From assembly GCA_965224195.1 (NCBI GenBank), contig OZ245040.1, positions 256,001-320,000 on the forward strand: a stretch of DNA of 64,000 nt. The letters are read 5' to 3'. This document shows positions 29,730 to 38,835 of this stretch, piece after piece. The notes beneath the pieces are model-generated. The model saw only the letters and a list, made by a program, of their open reading frames with translations, was not told where the DNA came from and did no database searches. Positions within the stretch are counted from its first letter, which is position 1; every line of letters starts with the position of its first letter. Position numbers and translations under genes: made by a program. Origin of the DNA: Nitrosopumilus sp. (GTDB lineage: Archaea > Thermoproteota > Nitrososphaeria > Nitrososphaerales > Nitrosopumilaceae).

Positions 29730-31286
29730 TTGGATTTTACAAAAGCACAAGAACAAATATCAAAAATTAGCAATGAAGGGGAAAGACAAGTAGGCGATCT
29801 ATTGCTCAACATGGGATTCACACTGATTGATTCTAATGTGATCGTTCTGAATTTGGATTCAAAAAGAATTGGTGAGATTGATCTAATTTTTGAAGTTGAA
29901 AATACACTTTTTTTAATAGATGCAAGTACGGACAAACATTCAGGAAGTAACAAAAAACTAGCATTTATTTCTAAATGGACAGATAAATCTAATCTAAATT
30001 TTCTAAAAAAATAATGTAAGTTAGGCAATCAAAAAGTTATGAGAATATATTTTGATTTACAACACAAAACACCAGATTCAGGTTCCGCAGAAATAGAAAA
30101 TGTGACAAAAATTGGAAAAATGAACAAGGTGTGTTATTCGGATGATTTTGAATACTTTACAAATTATGTTAAGAGGATTGGTCAATGGTCCAAAAATGAT
30201 TTTCTTGATTTCGTGGGGTATTCAGACAGACTAAATTATGTAAAAGTTGATGCAATTCAGTATTTTATTGGAAATTTACCCGTTTTTTGCTTTGTTGAAA
30301 GAGTAGAAAATTTGTTACGCACATGTTACATATCAAGAAGAAGAATTGGTGATTTAGGTTATCAGCGAACCCTAAAAGGAAATAGAGTGGTAAACATTTC
30401 TAACAACATCAAGACAGGAGTAGGGTTATCTTTTCCAAATTCCATCTTAATTAACACTCCACAATTAACTGAAGATATTTTATCTCCAGAGCAGTGTCCA
30501 GGAATTGTACAAATTAACTTTTCAACAAGCTATAGCACTTGTAGAATTATAGACGGTCAACATAGATTATTGGGGTTTGCAGGAACACCTAAAGCAATCC
30601 AAAGAGATTATTGTCTACCTGTTATCGCTTTACAAGGAATTGAATTAGAGAAAGAAATTCAAACATTCATTGATATTAATTCTAAACAACAACGAATGGA
30701 TGGAAACTTAATTCTACTTCTTAAATCGGATCTAAATTGGCCTAAAGACAGTAAAGGATATTATGAAAAAATATCAGTTGAAGCATCAAAAAGACTAGGT
30801 AGAACATTTTTCAAAAACAGGATTTTTTTCGGATATGCAGATGAGACTAAAGGAACCAAAATCACATTGGCAACGTTAGTAACTAATATGCGTCGTAATG
30901 GTCAGGTTGAGGAAACTGTTGAAAAAACATTCAAAAAATTATCTAACATTTTGAAACTCATGCAAGAATATTTACAAGCACATTCGTTTGTAGATGGAAC
31001 TTATTTTGGTCACAATAGAGGAATCAGTGTATTGTTTAGATTAATTCGATTACTTGAGCGAAATTTTCTAGCCGATACCATATCTATAAGTAAAGAGGAA
31101 TTTTTTAAAGATTTAGGACATATCTTTAATTCAAAATTAATTGTAACTTTAGATAATTATTATGGGGAAGGTGGCTCAAATGCCGCAGCAGCGAAAATCA
31201 TAGAAGAACTGCAAGCAAATTATCTAAAAAAAAAATACAAAGAAATGGAATCAAATCTAAATCAATTACCTAGAATAAAAAAATAG
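29730..31286 (+). pseudogene. PD-(D/E)XK-like nuclease fused to DGQHR (DndB-like) domain, split by one in-frame TAA at 30012-30014
   Basis: ORFs 29730-30014 and 30039-31286 share a frame; GEIDLIFE, GYQRTL, FPNSILIN, IIDGQHRL, FIDINSKQ. Confidence 0.85.
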
Positions 31287-31462
31287 GGAATTTGTGATAA
31301 CTTTTGATCGTAATTTTTAAAAAAACATACAAGCTGGAAAAATCTTGAAAGAAATAGTAAAAGTGGTTTCCGTGTCCTAGCAGAACTTTACTCACCTTGT
31401 GTGGAGAATAGAGAAACCATTATTCAACAAGTAATCATAGTAAATAAACTGATCTAGTTAGG

Positions 31463-31546
31463 CGTAGAGAGCGGGATTTGAATCCACGGGTCTGCTAGGA
31501 CACTTGCTCTTAAGGCGAGCGCATTACCATGCTCTGCCATCTCTAC
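31463..31546 (-). tRNA. Degenerate class II tRNA, anticodon UAA (nominal Leu) with Ser-like features; probable pseudo-tRNA
   Basis: Cloverleaf GTAGAGA/TCTCTAC, loop CTTAAGA, long variable arm, TTCAAAT; mismatches C29-A41 and A53-C61; G73. Confidence 0.75.
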
Positions 31547-31810
31547 AAGAACATTCATGGATTACAGCTATTTAGTAGTAGATTCAACAATTATTGAATG
31601 TCAATAAAAAATAAGAATAATGATTGATCGCCTTTGTATTCATCATTATTTGGGTTCAGTTAGTCTGAATGATCATCACTATCAGATTGTTTGTCCATTG
31701 AGATCCTATAGCATTACAAAGGATATGACTGGATATCATAGTTTGAACTAAAAAAATCATGAAAAAACAGAAATTCCTAGTACACCTAAAAAAACTACAG
31801 AGCAAGAATA

Positions 31811-32439
31811 GACCTCTTGCATAATTAGAAACAAAATACCATCTTTCATTCTTGACAGATTCTAATTTTATGAAATTGCCATGAATTCTTCTCTCCATTT
31901 TATCTTGAAATTAATAATTCCACAAACAATGTCACTTGTTCCATCATATCTGCACAATCTATTCCTAAATGTTTCTGAATTGATTCTAAATTTCTTTATT
32001 CTACTAATTGCATGTTCTACTTTTATTCTGATTTTACTTTGTAACTTGTTCCAATCCTTTTGAGATGCAGTCAACTCTTTTCCTTTTTTTCTCTTGTATG
32101 GTAAGATGCTAGTTTGTTTTGGGAAATCTTTCTCAACACCCAAATATCCAAGATCATAAAATACCATTAAATCTTCAGATAAAACAGGATATTTTATTTT
32201 CAGTATTGCGTAATCATTTCTTCGTCCAAGGGAATGTGGAGGTTTGTGAATAATCTCACCATTCAGGTTAATCGTAATTTGATTTTTGATTGTATGTCTT
32301 TTCTTTTTGCCTGAATAGTGAGTTTTTCTCTTCTTCTTATTTTTTAGTCTTGGGATTTGCTGTTCTGTTCCATCAGTAATTGCAATCAGTTCAGGAAAGA
32401 ATTCCTGCAGTTGCTGTATGTCGTTAATCTTTTTTGAAT
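31811..32439 (-). mobile_element. IS5-family element, 3' half of transposase (DDE domain, stop 31868) + right end
   Basis: ITDGTEQQIP, YSGKKKRHT, YDLGYLG, RIKVEHAISRIK; IR at 31811-31827 flanked by TA. Confidence 0.92.
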
Positions 32440-32615
32440 GTTATGTTATCTGATACTTTGGTCAAAACTAGGCTGGATTTTCAACTGATGGTAAATTCGG
32501 GTGACAGAGTGGTTCAGTTAGGGTTACCAACGCCTTAACATTGCAAAGCTGACAACAAACAACCTCTCTTTTTTTATTTTAAAATGTTAAAATACAACTA
32601 TACTAAATTATTATT

Positions 32616-32759
32616 ATGGCATCAAAGCGCATAACCATTATGATTGATGAGAAAAATCACGCCAAAATACGTAAAATTCAGGCTAAGAGAATTCTAAATG
32701 AGAATCGCGCTGTTAGTTTTTCTCAAGTCATTAATGATCAATTAGCAAAAAGTTTCTAA
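32616..32759 (+). CDS. 47-aa ribbon-helix-helix protein
   Basis: Manual translation MASKRITIMIDEKNHAKIRKIQAKRILNENRAVSFSQVINDQLAKSF. Confidence 0.8.
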   Translation: MASKRITIMIDEKNHAKIRKIQAKRILNENRAVSFSQVINDQLAKSF

Positions 32760-32959
32760 AAATCTAGTTTCTGTGTATGGTATAATCCATACACTTTTTG
32801 TAAAATACCTCAGTTAATTTATTGTTCTCCAATGATTTTATTTTAGTATGTACTTTTATGAAAACTATATTCTGTCTGATGCGTAAAAGTCATGCCTCAG
32901 TACATTGCACAGATGTCAATCCAAAATAGTTAAATCACGCATACGGATCACCCCAAGCC

Positions 32960-33121
32960 ATGATGTGTGATATATGCCAAAAAGAGATAGGTGGGGCAGC
33001 ACCGCACTTTTACATCCACTTTACTACCAAGATGGACGGCATGCATGATCTGTCAAAACGAAGAGTAAAAAAGATTATGAAGCGCAAGTTTCCCCAAGAT
33101 CTATTCACTAAAAAATTATGA
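32960..33121 (+). CDS. 53-aa C2H2-like zinc-finger protein
   Basis: MMCDICQKEIGGAAPHFYIH...; ATGA overlap with the next ORF. Confidence 0.5.
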   Translation: MMCDICQKEIGGAAPHFYIHFTTKMDGMHDLSKRRVKKIMKRKFPQDLFTKKL

Positions 33122-33217
33122 ATGCAATACGTAAAACAGTCTGGAAGGGATCAGATAGGCAATGTAGCATCAGCGGCAGCAGAACGCAGACCCGTAAGTT
33201 ACAACACATCTTACGCA

Positions 33218-33804
33218 TTCCTGAACTGATTGCAATTACTGATGGAACAGAACAGCAAATCCCAAGACTAAAAAATAAGAAGAAGAGAAAAACTCACTAT
33301 TCAGGCAAAAAGAAAAGACATACAATCAAAAATCAAATTACGATTAACCTGAATGGTGAGATTATTCACAAACCTCCACATTCCCTTGGACGAAGAAATG
33401 ATTACGCAATACTGAAAATAAAATATCCTGTTTTATCTGAAGATTTAATGGTATTTTATGATCTTGGATATTTGGGTGTTGAGAAAGATTTCCCAAAACA
33501 AACTAGCATCTTACCATACAAGAGAAAAAAAGGAAAAGAGTTGACTGCATCTCAAAAGGATTGGAACAAGTTACAAAGTAAAATCAGAATAAAAGTAGAA
33601 CATGCAATTAGTAGAATAAAGAAATTTAGAATCAATTCAGAAACATTTAGGAATAGATTGTGCAGATATGATGGAACAAGTGACATTGTTTGTGGAATTA
33701 TTAATTTCAAGATAAAATGGAGAGAAGAATTCATGGCAATTTCATAAAATTAGAATCTGTCAAGAATGAAAGATGGTATTTTGTTTCTAATTATGCAAGA
33801 GGTC
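33218..33804 (+). mobile_element. IS5-family 3' fragment + right end, fused in frame to a foreign 33-codon leader (ORF 33118-33747)
   Basis: DDE domain; IR at 33788-33804 followed by TA. Confidence 0.92.
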
Positions 33805-34953
33805 TACCAAAGTTTGTTGCATTATTTGGTGAGACAGTTGAGCTTATACCATTAAGGTTAGTTAGGATAGAATCATCGTTATCTGCAATGGTTAGTACTG
33901 CGTTAGCAGCACCTTGTGCGTTAGTATCAATTAGAAGTCTACAGTTGTCTTCACACATTAGTGAATCTACTGTACCATCTATGTTGATTGCTGCACCACC
34001 ACTTGCACCATTTTCATCGAATACTTGGTAGTGTGCACCACGTGATGTGGCGTTATCTACGTTTGTACCAAATGTCCAAGAGTCTTCATCAGTTGGGTTA
34101 ATGTTTAGCCATGAGTCAGTAATTGTTGTGTGTATTTGTGATCCTTGAGGATATACAGTTCTATCTAAACTTGAACCGGCGAATTCGTCGACATCATCAA
34201 AAGTAAGTGTTACTGATTGAGCATTACCTGCTGGATTGTATTGTACGACTACGTCACCCTTGTCTGAGTTTAGAGGATAGAACTGAATAAATGGCCAAAT
34301 TGAACTAGAAGCACCATCAGTTGCTACTGTGGTTTCGACTCCGATTTGTCCTACTGGCATGTTTGTATTTTCATTTACATCTTTTGATTCTCTCAAAACA
34401 TTTTGTGTAAATGCACCTGCTGCATTACCCGTGACACAAGCTGCAGCGATGTCACCACCAGTTGCGCTTCCATCGGTTAATTCTGTGGTCATTTGAGAGC
34501 GTTTGCAAATGCGACACCAACGGTATCACCAAATGAAACGGCTGATAGAGTACCTGCAGATGTTGCACTACAGAATACACCAAAGTCTAATCCAGCGCCA
34601 GCATTACCTGCTGCAGTTGAATCGGCTATTTGTGCTTGATCTCTATCGGCGAAGTAACCATACCAGTTACCATCAATACCTTGAACCATTCTCAGGATCT
34701 TACCGTTGATTGTAACGTCTGGCTCACCTTTTCCCTCGTCAGTATCATTAATATTAGAATCAATTATGACTACCTCAATTACTTGAGGTCCTGACATGTA
34801 ATTGCCAAAGTCTGAGTTTTCTGCGGAAACAAATAGGTTAGCGTTGGTTGCAAATGCTGGTTCCATTCCTGGAACTGCAAATGTTAAACCACCGGCTAAC
34901 ATAATTGTCATTAATGTAAGACTAGTTATTTTACGTCCTATTTCGTTATTCAT
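33805..34953 (-). pseudogene. slaA: Major S-layer protein, frameshifted near 34490-34500 and truncated by the IS
   Basis: MNNEIGRKITSLTLMTIM..NANLFVSAENS..GEPDVTING..WPFIQ..NINPTDEDSWTF; only ~380 codons remain; stop supplied by the IS end. Confidence 0.88.
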
Positions 34954-35168
34954 GTTATTGATATTTTTCTTAAAAATTAGTATAAAATGCTAATAGACGA
35001 ATTGTCCACAATTATCAGTTTTTTTGTAATTATTTTAGTAAATATCTAAATTTATTCAAATTTTTATATTATTTAATCATAATAAATACAGTTTATCATA
35101 TGAAATAGAAAATGATCCTTAAATTTTATATGTTTTATGTATGATTTATGAAATTTTTGTAGCCTATT

Positions 35169-36500
35169 TTATGCCTTGATCTCTTGTCCTAGTAGAGTTT
35201 TGTATAATGATATAGCATCAGATTCATCTTTTGGTCCTACAACAACAGCTGATCCTTTTTTCATGAAACTGACAGATAATTCATTTGTTCTCAAAGATAA
35301 TCCCAAGTCGCCCTGATTATCAATTATGAATCCTTTTTCTTTTCCAATTGCAGTAACACCATTAACATCAAGATCAAATGTTTGTGTAGGTGTAATAGAA
35401 TAAGTTCTCTTACCGCGATTACGTCCACACAATTCTTCTAAAATTAATTCTTCTTTTTCTACAACATCTAGTTTTCCTGTTCCACATATTGGACATTCTT
35501 CAGCTTTGAATGTTCTAGTACTGTTAAAGTCTAAATTTTCCAAATCAATATGTAAAATTCTTTCAGAAAGATTAGGGATTTTTCCAGTAATTATTTTGAC
35601 TGCTTCTGCAACTTCAATTGCACCAACAATAGAAAGTATTGGTGGATGAACTCCTTCAATACTACATGTCGGCATTGAATCTTCATCAAGTGATGGAAAC
35701 ATGCAATAATAACACGCAGATTTTTTTGGTAAAACAGTAAAAACTTGTCCAGATGTTCCAACTGCAGCTCCTGTAACAAATGGAATTCCATAATTTACGC
35801 AAGCTTTGTTTAATGCATATCTTGCATTTACACTGTCAAGTGCATCAATTACTATGTCACATCCTTCAACAACTTCTAATGCAGTATAATCATTTACAGA
35901 TACAGCTAGAGCTTCAATTTTACAATCAGGATTTAATTTCTGTAATTTTTTCGCAGCAACCTCAACTTTAACTTGACCGACATCATCTTCATCAAACATC
36001 ATTTGTCTATGTAAATTAGATAATTCTATTACATCTCTATCAACAATACGTAAAGTTCCAACACCCATTGTAGCTAATCTAGATATTATTGGATGACCTA
36101 AACCTCCAGTTCCAACAATACAAACTTTAGAATTTTTCAATTTTAATTGTCCGGCGTATCCAATTTCTTCAAGCATTACTTGTCGTGAGAATTTATCAAG
36201 TTCTTTTGGAGATAACTCTTCAGAGCCACCTGCAACTGCAGGTAATATGTAAACTTCATCACCATCTTTTAGAGCAGTTTCCATACCGCTAGAAAACTTT
36301 GCATTCTTTCCATTGATGTAGATATTTATCAATGAGCGTGGCGTTCCATCACCTTCCAAAACTCTACGCTTAAAATCATCACCCATAATTTCTGAAATTT
36401 TTGCAAATGCATCAGTAAGAGAATCAGATGAGATCTCAGTTTTCTTCTCTCCTCCACTTTGATTTAGTACAGACGGAATTGTAAATGTGATATTGGCCAT
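35169..36500 (-). CDS. MoaD/ThiS ubiquitin-like domain fused to MoeB/ThiF E1 adenylyltransferase
   Basis: ILPAVAGG, FSRQ, VGTGGLG, SNLHRQ, CYYC, CPIC. Confidence 0.92.
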   Translation of the reverse strand: MANITFTIPSVLNQSGGEKKTEISSDSLTDAFAKISEIMGDDFKRRVLEGDGTPRSLINIYINGKNAKFSSGMETALKDGDEVYILPAVAGGSEELSPKELDKFSRQVMLEEIGYAGQLKLKNSKVCIVGTGGLGHPIISRLATMGVGTLRIVDRDVIELSNLHRQMMFDEDDVGQVKVEVAAKKLQKLNPDCKIEALAVSVNDYTALEVVEGCDIVIDALDSVNARYALNKACVNYGIPFVTGAAVGTSGQVFTVLPKKSACYYCMFPSLDEDSMPTCSIEGVHPPILSIVGAIEVAEAVKIITGKIPNLSERILHIDLENLDFNSTRTFKAEECPICGTGKLDVVEKEELILEELCGRNRGKRTYSITPTQTFDLDVNGVTAIGKEKGFIIDNQGDLGLSLRTNELSVSFMKKGSAVVVGPKDESDAISLYKTLLGQEIKA

Positions 36501-37720
36501 TAGTTTACTACCGCCGATATTTCATTTACATCTGCTTTCATCACTCTTGGTTTTTGTAAAACTTCCATGATTGATTCGGTAGCCTTTAGACCATTACCAG
36601 TAACATAGCATACTACTTTGTCATTTCTATCAATTTTTCCTTGTTCAACCATTTTCTGAAGAACAGAGATAGAAACTCCACCTGCAGGTTCTGTAAATAT
36701 TCCTTCAGTTTGCGCAAGAAGTAAAATTGCATCAAGGATTTCTTTGTTATTGCATTCTTCTGCAAATCCATTATACTGTTGTAATCGCTTCAAAACATAT
36801 CGACCATCACCAGGATCACCTATTGCTAAACTCTTTGCAACAGTGTCAGGGTATTCAACTGGAATTACTTCTTTACTATTTTTCTTAAACGCATCAACTA
36901 TTGGTGCACATCCATGTGGTTGTGCTGCAATCATGTGCATATTTGAAACATTATCAAGTAGTGAGACGGTTTGTAATTCTTCGAATCCCTTACAAATAGC
37001 ATTAAGCATTGCGCCACTTCCTACTGGAACTATAAGTTGATCAGGAACTTGCCAATCAAGTTGCTCTGCAACTTCAAATGAAAATGTTTTAGAACCTTCT
37101 ACATAGTGTGAACGCATGTTAATGTTTACTATACCAATTCCTTTACTGTCACCAATTTGTGCAGCTATGGTGTTGGCATCATCATATGTTCCATCAACTG
37201 CAATGTAATTTGCACCATAAGATAGTGCTTGTGTAATTTTTGCCATCTCAATATTACTTGGGGCAAATACATGACAAGGTAAATCTGCTTTAGCTGCATG
37301 TGCTGCAGTTGCAGATGCTAAATTACCAGTTGATGCACATCCAACTGATGTCAATCCAAATTCTTTAGCTTTAGATATTGCAACTCCAGCAGGCCTATCT
37401 TTGAATGAAAATGTTGGATTTACCGAATCATTTTTTATGTAAAGATTGTTTAATCCTAATTTTTTTCCAAGGTTATCAGCCTTGATAAGAGGAGTCATTC
37501 CAGCTCCAATACTTACAATGTTTGATTTTTCTTCTATTGGTAATAATTCAAAATATCGCCAATAGGTAGATTCGCGATTTGCAAATGTATCTTTTGTAAT
37601 TATAGGAAAATTATATTTTACATCGAGTGGTCCGAAACAGTCATCACAGATGTACTTGAAAGCAGTGTCATACTCTTTTTTACATTCTCTGCATTGTAGT
37701 GAAGTTCTAGTCAAGATCAA
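36500..37720 (-). CDS. thrC: Threonine synthase
   Basis: NPTFSFKDR, ASTGN, PVGSG, EPAGG, VTGNGLK. Confidence 0.9.
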   Translation of the reverse strand: MILTRTSLQCRECKKEYDTAFKYICDDCFGPLDVKYNFPIITKDTFANRESTYWRYFELLPIEEKSNIVSIGAGMTPLIKADNLGKKLGLNNLYIKNDSVNPTFSFKDRPAGVAISKAKEFGLTSVGCASTGNLASATAAHAAKADLPCHVFAPSNIEMAKITQALSYGANYIAVDGTYDDANTIAAQIGDSKGIGIVNINMRSHYVEGSKTFSFEVAEQLDWQVPDQLIVPVGSGAMLNAICKGFEELQTVSLLDNVSNMHMIAAQPHGCAPIVDAFKKNSKEVIPVEYPDTVAKSLAIGDPGDGRYVLKRLQQYNGFAEECNNKEILDAILLLAQTEGIFTEPAGGVSISVLQKMVEQGKIDRNDKVVCYVTGNGLKATESIMEVLQKPRVMKADVNEISAVVN

Positions 37721-37911
37721 TATCTCCTTTGCGAATATAGATAAAAAATCCTAATATCAAGTTAAGTAATACTTAATTTTAAGGATTAAAAATATAGTGA
37801 TGCATATTATTCATACGGGGAAAAATAGGAAAACAGAAGTTTAGAGTGTAAAAAAATCAAATTTTTGGAATTATGAGAAAGGTATTTAGATATTTTTGAA
37901 AGTGTATTTTC

Positions 37912-38480
37912 ATGAATAGTAAAATTGCAATTCCAATAGTTATCAGTATAATCATAGTGGCAGTTGGAATCTTTGCAATTACCAATCAAGAATCAAAAAT
38001 AATTAAAGTTGAAGATACTATAAATGAAGAATTACAACCAACAGATGAAATTACTCCAGAGATTAAAGAAAAAATAGATGAAATAGAGAAAGTAAATTTA
38101 GAAAATGAATATTCACCAAAAGACAGAGAATGGATCACTTCAGGACCATTTCAAATTGATCGTAGTGAATATATCTTAGGTGAGAAAATTTTTCTAAGAA
38201 CATCAGGATTAGAATATAATGAAAAAGGTGAAACTGCATTTCTAAGACCTTTAAACAGTACACATTATTCGGTGTATCTTACTATTTCATTTGACGGTTT
38301 AGATAATGCAGTATATAATTATTATTTAGAACCACAACTTTCAAAATTAAAGGGGCATTGTACTGTAGATGATTTTATTGGAGATTGGTATTTAGAGGAA
38401 CAAATTATCCCAATCTAGAATTTAAAATAACAAAACAAATACTACCAGGAGAAGAAAGTTCGTTTGAACCTGTATGTTAA
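37912..38480 (+). pseudogene. Membrane-anchored hypothetical protein, apparent frameshift near 38388
   Basis: Track ORF stops at 38418 but another frame continues VFRGTNYPNLEFKITKQILPGEESSFEPVC* to 38480. Confidence 0.6.
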
Positions 38481-38481
38481 T

Positions 38482-38811
38482 TTATTTTTCTAAAGAATTA
38501 TGAAAACAAACTTTATCACCCAAGTGACAAGCAGGTCCTAAAGGTTCTACCAAGTAAATAATTGCATCAAAATCACAATCAACTAAAATTTCTTTAATTT
38601 TTTGAGTGTTGCCAGATTCTTCTCCTTTCATCCAAAGTTTATTTCTTGAACGACTCCAAAACCAAGAGTTCCCAGTTTTTTTGGCAAGTTCTAAAGATTC
38701 TTTATTTGTATAAGCTAAAGTTAAAACATCTTTTGTATTTGCATCTTGAACAATTACAGGTACAAGACCACCACTTTTCTCAAAATCTATTTCATCAATA
38801 ATTTTTTTCAT
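38482..38811 (-). CDS. hisI: Phosphoribosyl-AMP cyclohydrolase
   Basis: WSRSRNKLWMKGEESG, DCDFD, ACHLG..CF. Confidence 0.95.
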   Translation of the reverse strand: MKKIIDEIDFEKSGGLVPVIVQDANTKDVLTLAYTNKESLELAKKTGNSWFWSRSRNKLWMKGEESGNTQKIKEILVDCDFDAIIYLVEPLGPACHLGDKVCFHNSLEK

Positions 38812-38835
38812 AATTACAAATACAAAAAATAGCTA

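Larger units (their letters stand above)
31811..33804. repeat. 587-bp inverted repeat (31811-32397 / 33218-33804)
   Basis: Two apparently identical IS 3' fragments in opposite orientation; identical translated products in the ORF track. Confidence 0.9.

Noticed and set aside
30012-31546. Idea that the odd tRNA suppresses the in-frame TAA stops
   Set aside because: The anticodon in canonical register is UAA (reads UUA); an ochre suppressor needs UUA. TAA also ends many intact genes here.
26270-31546. Classical tRNA-integrated provirus
   Set aside because: No integrase and no direct repeat of the tRNA 3' end found.
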